NCBI GenBank assembly: GCA_944388035.1
Contig: CALXHF010000009.1
Location: forward strand, 1,147-65,146
Source of the DNA: an uncultured Clostridia bacterium
GTDB lineage: Bacteria; Bacillota; Clostridia; TANB77; CAG-508
Direction of reading: 5' to 3'
Length of the DNA: 64,000 bases
Shown here piece after piece: positions 19,307 through 29,269 of this stretch. Both the position numbers and the translations under genes were made by a program. Positions within the stretch are counted from its first letter, which is position 1, and the number at the start of each line of letters is the position of its first letter. Under the pieces are notes generated by a model, which did no database searches, was not told the origin of the DNA, and worked only from the letters and a program-made list of their open reading frames with translations.

Positions 19307-19333
19307 TTAAATTAAAAAAAAGAAGGTTTTAAA

Positions 19334-20494
19334 TCAAATCTTCTTTTTTGAAAATTTTTTTAGATATTTTGTGTGTTGATTTTGTAACCATTTTTCTAAT
19401 TCATTATCAGAAAGAGATTGTCTTTTTTTGTTCAAATTATTTTTAAATTTAGAAAATGCATTTAATCTGTCATTTTGTAATAATTTTTCTCCATTTTTTA
19501 TTTTTGGTCTTTTTAAAAAGTCAGTTATTTGCTTTATTATTTTTCGTACTTCAGTAGAAGATGTACTTTGATTCATTTTTTTGTAAAATTTGTTCTTGCA
19601 AGTAAGTGTACAAAAATGTTCATCTTTTCTTTTTTTAGTAATAAAGTATTTACCGCATTCTTTAAAAGAACATATAGAAACTGCCTTATTTGATAGAGAG
19701 ATTTGATATATTGAAGCATAAAAAAGAGATTCTATTGATGAAATAGTATAAATATAACAATAAGGTTTTAATCTTTTGCCAAAATAACTAAAATGAGAAT
19801 ATCTTGTAATACTAGAAGGCAAAATTATGCTAGGGTTATTAAATATTTTATAGCCGTTCTTGGTAGAAGTTGAAATAAAAATATCAGTTATTTGTTTTTT
19901 TAATTTATACAAAATATTAATTTCCGTTTCTAAAATTCTTCTTGTATAGGAATTATATTCTTTTAAACCTTCATTAGATAACTTCTTATCAAATTTAATA
20001 GTATTTTGATATAAGTTCATTGCATTTTCTATATCATATATTATAAAAATATTATTTTTTGATTTTAAATATAGTTGAAGATAAAGAAAATCAAGATAAG
20101 TATCAGTTTTACACATTTCAGTAGCATCTGTAATATTGTTTTTAGTAATTTCAATATAATGAGAAATATTTTCACAATCATTTAATATGTTGACAATGAT
20201 ATTTCCTATTGAAATTTTGTTTTTCTTATAATGTATATTTTTGAGTTTTAAATATCCTTTTATTTTTAATCTCACAATATGCATTTTTGTTAGTAGTTCG
20301 ATTTGATATTTCAGAGTTCTAATAAAAGTTATCCTGTAGTGTCCAAGTCTAATGGGGAGAATTTTACTTAATATATTTTTTGATATAAAATCAATAGTTT
20401 CTTTAGGAAATGTATCATAAGCCAAAATTTTTTCAATGAAATCTACAGAAAGTATTTCTTCAAAACTAATATTATCCAATTTTTTATTCATCAA
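19334..20494 (-). CDS. Hypothetical protein with a C-terminal CGNR-like zinc finger
   Basis: CSFKECGKYF...FCTLTCKNK. Confidence 0.65.
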   Translation of the reverse strand: MMNKKLDNISFEEILSVDFIEKILAYDTFPKETIDFISKNILSKILPIRLGHYRITFIRTLKYQIELLTKMHIVRLKIKGYLKLKNIHYKKNKISIGNIIVNILNDCENISHYIEITKNNITDATEMCKTDTYLDFLYLQLYLKSKNNIFIIYDIENAMNLYQNTIKFDKKLSNEGLKEYNSYTRRILETEINILYKLKKQITDIFISTSTKNGYKIFNNPSIILPSSITRYSHFSYFGKRLKPYCYIYTISSIESLFYASIYQISLSNKAVSICSFKECGKYFITKKRKDEHFCTLTCKNKFYKKMNQSTSSTEVRKIIKQITDFLKRPKIKNGEKLLQNDRLNAFSKFKNNLNKKRQSLSDNELEKWLQNQHTKYLKKFSKKKI

Positions 20495-20664
20495 ATTTCC
20501 TCCTTTAAAAATTTTTCCAATATAATTTTAGTAGAAAATTATTTGAAAGTCAATAAAATCAAATAAATTTTGTCGCAAATACAGTAAAATATTTTTGTCG
20601 TATTATAGACCGACAATAACTATTGAAGTAAAATTATATAAAAAGCAAGAGGAGGTGAAAAAAT

Positions 20665-20949
20665 ATGATTACTTTAAAACCAAAATGCTACATAGATGAT
20701 TTAGATATAGAAATCAATTCTGAATTAACTTATGTAGAGGGAATAGAATTAATTAGAAAAATATATGACTGTATAGAAGTAGATGAGACTATTCCTAAAG
20801 GTACAATTACAATATTTTTTAGAGACTGGTCATACAGTGTGCCAATATCTAAAAAAGATAATTTTAGAATTCAAAAGTTATTAAAAGTTTTAGGGTACGA
20901 CAGACAATATGTTGAAAGTATCTATGAATTTAATAATTTTTTAGATTAA
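20665..20949 (+). CDS. Hypothetical protein
   Basis: 94-aa ORF with RBS ggaggtg. Confidence 0.65.
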   Translation: MITLKPKCYIDDLDIEINSELTYVEGIELIRKIYDCIEVDETIPKGTITIFFRDWSYSVPISKKDNFRIQKLLKVLGYDRQYVESIYEFNNFLD

Positions 20950-20971
20950 AAAAGAAAGGAGTGGATTTATT

Positions 20972-21640
20972 ATGCCACAGAAAATTAAAGTTGGAGAACT
21001 TGAAACTCAAAAAAATAAAAATTTAGGAGTTGACCTATTAATTGGTGAAATACCCCAATTAATAAGACCAACTAGCTCTAAAAAAGAAAAAATAATAGGT
21101 ATTAACCAATACAAAGATGAAAAAGGTAATGTCTTATACGAAGTAGTAAAACAAAGAGAAGGAGAACCTTACGTTTGTAGACAACCTATTGGAAATGGAG
21201 ATTATGAATATTCTATAAAAAATGTTAGAAGGGTAATTTATAATCTTCCAGCAGTTTTAGAAGCAATAAAAAAGGGAGAGGTTATATTTATAACAGAAGG
21301 CGAATCAAAAGTAGACACTCTTTCTGAATTGGGAATAACTGCAACTACGGTATTTTCAAAATATACAAATAAATGGAAAGAGTACTACAACCAATTCCTA
21401 GATGGTGCTAGAGGAGTTATAATACTTCAAGATGATGACCAAAATGGAATCGAATACGCTAATAATACCTATACAACATTAAAAGAAATGTTTTCAGAAG
21501 ATAAAATAGGTATAATGCCAATTACGAGCATTTGTCCTGAAATAAATAAACAAGGTGCAGATATAACAGATGTAAGAGAATTAATGCAAGATGATGAAAA
21601 ACTAAATTTAATTTTAAAAACAATAGCAAGTCAAATATAA
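20972..21640 (+). CDS. Toprim-domain (primase-like) protein
   Basis: IYNLPAV...IFITEGESKVDTL...IILQDDDQNG...GADITD. Confidence 0.8.
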   Translation: MPQKIKVGELETQKNKNLGVDLLIGEIPQLIRPTSSKKEKIIGINQYKDEKGNVLYEVVKQREGEPYVCRQPIGNGDYEYSIKNVRRVIYNLPAVLEAIKKGEVIFITEGESKVDTLSELGITATTVFSKYTNKWKEYYNQFLDGARGVIILQDDDQNGIEYANNTYTTLKEMFSEDKIGIMPITSICPEINKQGADITDVRELMQDDEKLNLILKTIASQI

Positions 21641-21995
21641 AAAAATTAAAATAAGAAAAGATATGTAATATATGTTAGAAGTTATCAGAATAAAAATAGA
21701 AGCAAGTTTATGAAAATTTAATATAGTTATATATCTAAAATTTAAAATAGACAAGCTATTAAAGTTAAAGAATATATTTACAAACTTATGTTTGAAGTAT
21801 ATTATAATAAAAAAAGAGCTTAAAAAATTGCCCGTTTCAAAGCTCTTTTAAACCAAATAAGTAGATAAATATAATATGAAACTATTATATTTTCCTATTA
21901 TTATATATAAATTATAGAATAAATTTAGGAAAATATCAAGTAAAATATTGTATTTATCTCCTTAAAAATATTTAAAGAAGGGAGATAAAGAAAAA

Positions 21996-24792
21996 ATGAG
22001 TAGTAATATTTGGCAAGAAATTAAAGAAGAATTAACAGCTAAAGAGGTGGTTGAACACTTTTTAGGACCACCTCAAAAAATAAGTGGTAGTAGTTACTTC
22101 TGGAGCAGTCCTTTTAGAAATGGAGATACTGACCCATCATTATCAGCAAATGATACATATATAAAAGATTTTGGTGGAGAGTTTGCAGGAGATATTTTTG
22201 AATTTATAACACAATATAAAAATGTTAGCAAAAAAGAAGCTTTAGAAATATTAAAAGCAGAATTTGATTTAGATATTGACATTAAAAGTAAGACAACAAA
22301 TAAAAGAAGAACAAGCAAGAAAATCAAAGTAGAACCTAACATACCAAAAGTAAATTTAATAGAAGGAAAAAAAGTACCACTAATATACAATATGTTTGAT
22401 AATGTTAGTTTTAAAATAAAACCAACAGGTCGGGCAAATAGGTGGAATTAAAAAAAGAATAAAAGATTTAAAAATGCTACCATATTCATTAGAACAATTA
22501 AAAAAGAAAATGAGTGAAGGTTTTACTTCAATACCAGCAGGAATAAAAAATAATAAGGAATGGGAAGAAAAAGAAGCCTTTATACAAATATTTATGGTTG
22601 ATATAGATAATTGTATAAAAAATGGTAAAGAAAAGGAAGAAATAGAAGTAGAAAATACTAGACATATAACAGTTGACAAAATTGTTAAATATTGTGAAGA
22701 AATTAATTTACAACCTACTTTTATATACTACACATTATCGCATAATGAAGAAAAACAACATAGATTTAGATTAGTTTATGTGTTAGAACACGAAGTAAGA
22801 GATAAAGAAATAGTACAAGCAATATATCAATTTTTAATTGAAAAATTTAAAAAATATAATCTTGATGAATCAACAGTAGATTTAAGTAGGATGTTTTTGG
22901 GTGGTAAGAAAATAGCGTATTCAAGCGATAAATTTTACAAAGTAGAAGTTAAACAAGAAGAAGCAAAGGGTGTTGAAGTAGCAGAAATTATAGGGAGTGA
23001 AGAATTTGAATTTGAAAAATATTCAAAAGCATTAGAAAATACCCCTTATGTTATTGGTAATGATACTTTATGGAGAGTAGGGACACAAATCAATTCTCCT
23101 ATTAGTAATTTTTTAGCAGTAATAGATGAACAGGTAAATTATAATAATGGTAGAGATATTTTAACAGATTATAAAGTTCGTGGAATTATTATAAAAAATC
23201 ATAAACAATTACCTGTAATAAGAATTAATAAACAAGAATTAGAGAGTTTTAGCTTTGTATTAAATTCAAAATGGAAACTAGAGGCGATAATATCAGCAGG
23301 TCAAACCAATAAAGACAGGATGAGGGAAGTTACACAATTAATAAGCAAAGATGAAGTTATAAACAAAGAAGTATATTCACATACAGGTTTTATAAGAATA
23401 AACGGACAATTAGTCTACTTATATCATAATGGGTTTATAGGTAATGAAAATCAAGAAGAAATAGAAGTAGATTTATCAGAGGACAAACTAGAGCAATATA
23501 ATTTTACAAATAAAGATTTTGATATAGAAGATAGTTTAATAACAAGCTTTTCTATATTAGATTTAGCAGATATAAAAATAACAATTCCTTTACTTGCAAC
23601 AACATATTTAGCACCATTAACAGCAATATTTCAAGAAGAAGATATCAATGTAGATTATATTTTATGGCTAGAGGGAAAGACAGGAACAAGAAAAAGTTCA
23701 GTAACAGCAATGATATTATCTCATTTTGGTAGATTTTCAAGAAACAATTTCCCTTGTTCATTTAGAGATACATTAAATAGTCTGGAAAAAAAGGCATTTA
23801 TCTTAAAGGATAATATTAATGTTATAGATGATTATAACCCAGAAGTTTTAGGAAGTAGAAAACTAGATATAGCTGAAAAATTATTTGGTATGTATGGAGA
23901 CAGGGCAGGGAGAGACAGAATGAGCCAAGATGGAAAGACTTTAAAGAAACCTTATATAGCAAGAGGTTTATGTATTGTAACAGGAGAAAGTTTTCCAAAT
24001 GTAGCACAAAGTAGACTAGCCAGAGCAATAATAGTTGATATTAAAAAAGATAGTATTAATCTAAATAAGCTAACAGAATTACAAGAAAATAAAGAAAAAT
24101 TAAATTATTGTATGAAAAAATATATTGAGTGGGTTATCGAAAATGAAAAAGATATAAAAGAATATGCTAAAAATAAAATGAAAGAACTTCAAAATAGAAC
24201 ACAACATAATGGAATACACGGAAGAACAAATGAAGCAGTAAATGTTATGACAATAGGTTTTAGCTTATTTTTAAAATTCTTAAATTCTTATGAAATTATA
24301 TCAGAAGAACAAGAAAAAGAATTAGAAGAAGAAGGATATATAACATTAGACAAAGTAGCTGAACAACAAGCACAAGAAATTGATGAAAGTAGCCCAATTA
24401 ATATGTTTATATCAGCAATAGAGCAACTTTATACAACAGGTAGAATTTATTTAAAAGATTATAATGACTGTACTATCACAGAATATGATAACACAACATT
24501 AGTAGGGTATGTAGACAATAAAACAGATGAAGGAGTTTATTATTTTTTTCCAGATCTAATCTATAATCAGGTGGTTAGATTTTACAAAGAACAAGATTTA
24601 AAATTTCCTATTTCTAAACCAGCACTATGGAAGTATTTAGATATGGAAGGATATTTATATAAAACTCCGAAAAGCACTAGAAGAACAGTAAGAAGAAAAG
24701 TACCAAATACAGATAATGATTTACCATTTATTCCAATACTTCAAGAGAAGATGAGAAATATCTACTTAAAACCAAGAGTAGATAAAGTTTAA
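21996..24792 (+). CDS. Primase-helicase-like replication protein, split by a +1 shift at CGG 22431-22433 (ORFs 21996..22451 and 22474..24792)
   Basis: The N-terminal part resembles the primase CHC2 region (SPFR...DFGG...GDIFEF...KEALEIL). Skipping C22431 gives ...PTGGQIGGIKKRIKDLKMLPY..., continuous with the ORF carrying Walker A GKTGTRKS and Walker B VIDD. Confidence 0.8.
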
Positions 24793-24794
24793 GA

Positions 24795-24895
24795 AAATTA
24801 CAAAATAAAAATGTAATTTTAAATCAAAATGTAATTTATGTAATTTATAGAACTTAATATTTCTATTTTAAAATTACATAAATTACAAAAAAAAT
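24795..24895. repeat. Cluster of TGTAATT/AATTACA direct and inverted repeats (candidate origin)
   Basis: At least six copies between the helicase stop and the xis start. Confidence 0.4.
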
Positions 24896-24908
24896 TATAT
24901 ATAAGAAG

Positions 24909-25118
24909 GTGTTATATGTGGCAGATGATATAAAAAGCAAGATGTTTAATGAATATCCTGACATAGTAGGAGTTAATGAAATGAGAAAAATGTTAGGAAA
25001 TATAGGAAGAACAACAGCATATAAGTTGTTAAAGGAAAAAATCATATATTCAAAAAAAGTAGCAAGAGAATATAAAATACCTAAAATATGTATAATAGAA
25101 TATTTGTTAAGTTCATAA
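24909..25118 (+). CDS. Excisionase-like HTH protein
   Basis: YPDIVGVNEMRKMLGNIGRTTAYKLLKE...YKIPKICIIEYL, directly upstream of the integrase. Confidence 0.85.
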   Translation: MLYVADDIKSKMFNEYPDIVGVNEMRKMLGNIGRTTAYKLLKEKIIYSKKVAREYKIPKICIIEYLLSS

Positions 25119-25199
25119 ATAGTAGCTAGATTTATCTATTTATGATATAGTATTAGTGTAATAGATAAATCTAACCTGTTATACGGAAAGGAGAGAAAA

Positions 25200-26477
25200 T
25201 TGGTAACAGGTAGTTTACAAGTAAAAAATGGAACATATTATGCAGTTTTAAGTTTCTTTAATAAAGATAAAAATAAATGGGACCAAAAATGGAAAACTAC
25301 AAAAATAAAAAATAAAAAAGGAAACAAAAAACTAGCAGAAAATAAGTTAAAGAAAATTTTAGAAACTTTTGAAAAGGAACTTGGAGAGGAAGAAAAGAAA
25401 AAAGAGGAAGAACTAAAAGAAACACCGTTTAGTAAAAGATTAAAGGAAAATAAAAATAAATCATTTTTAAAATATCTTTTAGAATCTATTGAAGAATTTA
25501 AAAATAATATTGAAGTTACTACTTACGATAATTGGAAACAAATGTATGAAGGGAGAATAACAAATTTTTTTACACCATACAACGAATTAAAAAAAGTTAT
25601 GGACCAAGAAGTAAAAAGAAAAACTAAATATAAAAAGCCAGTAACAATAGCTAATATAACTCAATTTGATTTAGAAGATTTTTTTAGTTGGTTATATAAT
25701 TGTGATTTAAAAAGTTCAACAGTAAAAAAATATTATACTTTATTTAGTCTGGTTTTTGATAGAGCAATAAGACAAAAAATATTTACTTTAGATACTAACC
25801 CAATGAAAGATATAAAAAAACCAGTTGTAAAACCGTATATAGCAGATTTTTATACAGCTAAAGAACTAAAACAACTATTTGAAATAGCAAAAGGAGATGT
25901 TTTAGAAATTCCAATTATAATAGCCGTTCATTATGGCTTAAGAAGAAGTGAGACTTTAGGTTTAAAATGGAATGCAATAGATTTTGAAAACAATACTATA
26001 ATAATTAAACATACAGTAACTAAGGTTACAGGGTGTGGAGAAAAACAAGTAATAGTTTCAAAAGATTTAACTAAAACAAGTAGTGGTTATAGAACAATGC
26101 CATTAACAGAAGAAGTAAAGAAAAAATTATTAGAACATAAAGAAAAAATAAAAGAAAATAAGAAACTATTTGGAAATACTTATATACAACAAACCAAAGA
26201 CTATATATGTGTTAAAGAAAATGGAGAACTAATAAAACCAAATCATTTTACGAAAAGATTTAAAAAAATAATAAGAAGGAATCCAATAAAAGAAGTAAGA
26301 TTACACGATTTAAGACATAGTGTAGGTAGTTTGTTAGCTTTAAAAAATGTAAATCAAAAACTAATTCAAGATTATTTAGGACACGCAAATATTAGTTCAT
26401 CAAATATCTATATGCATTTACAATATCAAAGTAAAATGTTTTCTTCGGATATTATAGAAAGTGAATTAGTAAAATAA
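25200..26477 (+). CDS. Tyrosine integrase with N-terminal arm-binding region
   Basis: GSLQVKNGTYY N-terminus, then GLRRSE, LHDLRHS, LGHAN and IY catalytic residues. Confidence 0.95.
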   Translation: MVTGSLQVKNGTYYAVLSFFNKDKNKWDQKWKTTKIKNKKGNKKLAENKLKKILETFEKELGEEEKKKEEELKETPFSKRLKENKNKSFLKYLLESIEEFKNNIEVTTYDNWKQMYEGRITNFFTPYNELKKVMDQEVKRKTKYKKPVTIANITQFDLEDFFSWLYNCDLKSSTVKKYYTLFSLVFDRAIRQKIFTLDTNPMKDIKKPVVKPYIADFYTAKELKQLFEIAKGDVLEIPIIIAVHYGLRRSETLGLKWNAIDFENNTIIIKHTVTKVTGCGEKQVIVSKDLTKTSSGYRTMPLTEEVKKKLLEHKEKIKENKKLFGNTYIQQTKDYICVKENGELIKPNHFTKRFKKIIRRNPIKEVRLHDLRHSVGSLLALKNVNQKLIQDYLGHANISSSNIYMHLQYQSKMFSSDIIESELVK

Positions 26478-26519
26478 AAAATGTATATATCTATTGGCAC
26501 TAGATATATACATCAGACA

Positions 26520-26677
26520 TTTTTTAGAAAATATAATAATTTTTTAGAAAAAATTATTAAAAAGTGGGGCTTCCAGTGGGAATTGAACCCACGACCTCAG
26601 CCTTACCATGGCTGCGCTCTACCTACTGAGCTATAGAAGCATATATAATAATTTTTTTAGAAAATTTTTTAGAAAAA
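26520..26677. repeat. Two pairs of TTTTTAGAAA motifs flanking the element-borne tRNA (candidate arm-type sites)
   Basis: Copies at about 26520, 26540, 26652 and 26665. Confidence 0.5.
26565..26640 (-). tRNA. Complete tRNA-Thr(GGT) inside the element
   Basis: GCTTCTA-TA-GCTC-AGTAGGTA-GAGC-G-CAGCC-ATGGTAA-GGCTG-AGGTC-GTGGG-TTCAATT-CCCAC-TGGAAGC-C-CCA forms a full 76-nt cloverleaf. Confidence 0.95.
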
Positions 26678-26829
26678 CCATTTTTATTAAAAATTTATAG
26701 CAAAAATTAATAAATAAAATGAATTTTCTACATAAAGATAAACGGCTAAAAACATTGATTTTGTAGTGTTTTATTAGTTTATATATTTTAGCATTTATAC
26801 AAAATTTTACAATGGTATTTGAGTTATGG

Positions 26830-26845
26830 CCTCTACCTTACCAAG
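26830..26845. repeat. att core, copy 2
   Basis: cctctaccttaccaag, identical to 10715..10730. Confidence 0.92.
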
Positions 26846-26876
26846 GTAGCACTCTTGCCAACTGAGCTATGGAAGC
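26830..26876 (-). pseudogene. 5' half of the host tRNA-Thr(GGT), split by the element
   Basis: Minus strand GCTTCCATAGCTCAGTTGGCAAGAGTGCTACCTTGGTAAGGTAGAGG is followed by non-tRNA sequence, with no T arm. Confidence 0.92.
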
Positions 26877-26930
26877 ATGAGATGTTTCCTTTACATATAT
26901 TTATGTTGCATTTAAGACAAACTTTTAGAA

Positions 26931-26959
26931 ATTATATAATAAAATTTTGAAAAAGTAAA
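26931..26959 (-). promoter_or_regulatory. Putative promoter of the host tRNA-Thr gene
   Basis: Minus strand tttact-N17-tataat about 55 nt upstream of the tRNA 5' end. Confidence 0.5.
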
Positions 26960-27009
26960 CAAATACTATTGACTTTTTCTAAAAAAAATATTAAACTATT
27001 TACATAAGA

Positions 27010-27236
27010 TAAAAACAAGTAAGAGAAAAGTAGAATAGAAATTACTTTTAGAGAGAATTAGTCATAGGCTGAAAGCTAATTTAAGGAAAGCTATTCGAAA
27101 ACTAACTCTTTGTTTCTAGTGAATAAGCTAGACGTTTTGAAGATACGTTATAATCTTTTAAATTAAGTTAAAAATAGGATGGAACCGTGTTAAAAATAGC
27201 ACTCCTATGGAAATTAAAGTCCATAGGAGTTTTTTG
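27010..27236 (+). promoter_or_regulatory. T-box leader (Thr) with terminator
   Basis: Stem I with AGTA/GAA S-turn, GAGAGA and GCTGAA boxes, and likely specifier ACT. Antiterminator atagga-TGGAACC-gtg...cactcctat; terminator actcctatgg/ccataggagt followed by a T tract. Confidence 0.9.
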
Positions 27237-27291
27237 ATGTGAAGATATATGAGCAAAAGAAACATTCAAATGGACAAAGGAGGTTTTTTGT

Positions 27292-29226
27292 ATGATTAAA
27301 GTTAGTTTAAAGGATGGCTCTATTTTAGAAGTAGAGGAAAAAAGTACCGTTTTGGATGTGGCTAAAAAAATTAGTGAAGGTTTAGCAAGAGTGGCTACTT
27401 GTGGAGAAGTTGATGGAGAAGTTAAAGACCTAAGATATGAATTAGAAAAAGAATGTTCTTTAGTAATTCATACTTTTAAAGAAGATGATTTAGAAGGCAA
27501 AAAAGCATATTGGCATACAACTTCACATATAATGGCACAAGCAGTAAAAAGGTTATTTCCAAATGTAAAACTTGCAATTGGACCTGCTATTGAAAATGGT
27601 TTTTATTATGATTTTGATGTAGAAAAACCTTTTACTGATGAAGATAAAGCAAATATTGAACAAGAAATGAAAAAAATTATTAAGGAAAATTTAAACATTG
27701 AAAGATTTTCTTTACCTAAAAATGAAGCTTTAGATTTAATGAAAGACGAACCTTACAAACAAGAATTAATAAATGATTTAGAAGATGGTGAAGAAATTAG
27801 CTTTTATAAACAAGGTGATTTTGTTGACTTATGTGCAGGACCTCATTTAGAAAGTACTGGAAAAATTAAATGTGTTAAAATTTTATCTTCTTCTGGTGCT
27901 TATTGGAGAGGTAATGAGAAAAATAAAATGCTTCAAAGAATTTATGCAATTTCTTTCCCAAAAGCTTCTGAACTTGAAGAATATTTACAATTGTTAGAAG
28001 AAGCTAAACAAAGAGACCACAGAAAAATAGGTAAAGATTTAGAAATTTTTATGACTCATAAATTAGTAGGTGCAGGACTGCCTATGTATTTACCTAATGG
28101 TGCAACTATTAGAATGATTTTAGAAAGATATATACAAGATAAAGAATTGGCCTTAGGTTATGAACATGTATATACTCCTTGTCTTGCAAATGTTGAATTA
28201 TATAAGGTTAGTGGACATTGGGATCATTATAAAGATGATATGTTTCCTGCTATGAAAATGGATAATGAGGAAATGGTTTTAAGACCTATGAATTGTCCTC
28301 ATCATATGTTAATTTATAAGAGTAAAATGCGTTCATATCGTGATTTACCAATTAGAATTGGTGAGCTTGCACATGATTTTAGATATGAAGCAAGTGGTAG
28401 TGTTTGTGGTTTAGAAAGAGTTCGTGAAATGTGCCAAAATGATGCACACCTTTTTGTTAGACCTGACCAGATTAAAGAAGAAGTTGGTAAGATTTTAAAT
28501 TTAATTACAGAGGTTTATCAAAAAGATTTTGGTTTTCCTGCATCTAGCTTTAAATATAGATTGTCTTTAAGAGATAAGGAAAACAAAGAAAAATATATTG
28601 ATAATGATGAAATGTGGGAAACTGCCGAAAGTCAATTAAGAGAAATCTTAAAAGAATTAAATATTGATTTTTACGAAGCAGAAGGTGAAGCAGCTTTTTA
28701 TGGACCTAAAATTGATATTCAGATTAAAACAGCTTTAAACCATGATGTAACTATTCCAACTTGTCAATTAGATTTTGCTTTACCTGAAAGATTTGAGCTT
28801 GAATATATAGCAGAAGATGGAAAAGCACATAGACCTGTTGTTATCCATAGAGCAATACTTGGTTCTTCTGATAGATTTATTTCATTTTTATTAGAAGAAA
28901 CAAAAGGAAATTTACCTTTATGGCTTTCTCCAGAACAAGTTAGAATTTTACCAATTACAGATAATCAAGTAGATTATTGTAATAAACTAAAAGAAGAACT
29001 TTTAAGAGAAGAATTAAGAGTTCATATAGATGATAGAAATGAGAAAATTGGTTATAAAATACGAGAAGCACAGCTTCACAAAGTTCCTTATATGTTAGTT
29101 ATAGGACAAAAAGAAGTAGATGAAAATAAAGTTTCTATACGTTCAAGAAAAGAAGGAGATATAGGAAGTATGAGTTTAGATGAATTTAAAAATAAACTTT
29201 TAGAAGAAATTAAAAATAAAAAATAA
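27292..29226 (+). CDS. thrS: Threonyl-tRNA synthetase
   Basis: TGS domain, HTTSHIMAQAV, DLCAGPH, RDHRKIG, PMNCPHH, FYGPKID and QLDF. Confidence 0.98.
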   Translation: MIKVSLKDGSILEVEEKSTVLDVAKKISEGLARVATCGEVDGEVKDLRYELEKECSLVIHTFKEDDLEGKKAYWHTTSHIMAQAVKRLFPNVKLAIGPAIENGFYYDFDVEKPFTDEDKANIEQEMKKIIKENLNIERFSLPKNEALDLMKDEPYKQELINDLEDGEEISFYKQGDFVDLCAGPHLESTGKIKCVKILSSSGAYWRGNEKNKMLQRIYAISFPKASELEEYLQLLEEAKQRDHRKIGKDLEIFMTHKLVGAGLPMYLPNGATIRMILERYIQDKELALGYEHVYTPCLANVELYKVSGHWDHYKDDMFPAMKMDNEEMVLRPMNCPHHMLIYKSKMRSYRDLPIRIGELAHDFRYEASGSVCGLERVREMCQNDAHLFVRPDQIKEEVGKILNLITEVYQKDFGFPASSFKYRLSLRDKENKEKYIDNDEMWETAESQLREILKELNIDFYEAEGEAAFYGPKIDIQIKTALNHDVTIPTCQLDFALPERFELEYIAEDGKAHRPVVIHRAILGSSDRFISFLLEETKGNLPLWLSPEQVRILPITDNQVDYCNKLKEELLREELRVHIDDRNEKIGYKIREAQLHKVPYMLVIGQKEVDENKVSIRSRKEGDIGSMSLDEFKNKLLEEIKNKK

Positions 29227-29269
29227 TGTAAAAAAACAAAAAAATAAAACAAAATAGGAGAGTAAAAAG

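Larger units (their letters stand above)
10715..26845. mobile_element. ~16.1 kb integrative element (tyrosine integrase, Xis, primase-helicase; no capsid or conjugation genes recognised) inserted in tRNA-Thr(GGT)
   Basis: Bounded by 16-bp direct repeats inside the two tRNA halves, with the integrase near the right end. Confidence 0.92.

Noticed and set aside
26565-26876. Ordinary tRNA-restoring integration, with 26565..26640 as the restored host gene
   Set aside because: The 3' fragment at 10685 pairs perfectly with the separate 5' fragment at 26830..26876 and shares the 16-bp core only with it; the intact tRNA differs in the anticodon and T stems.
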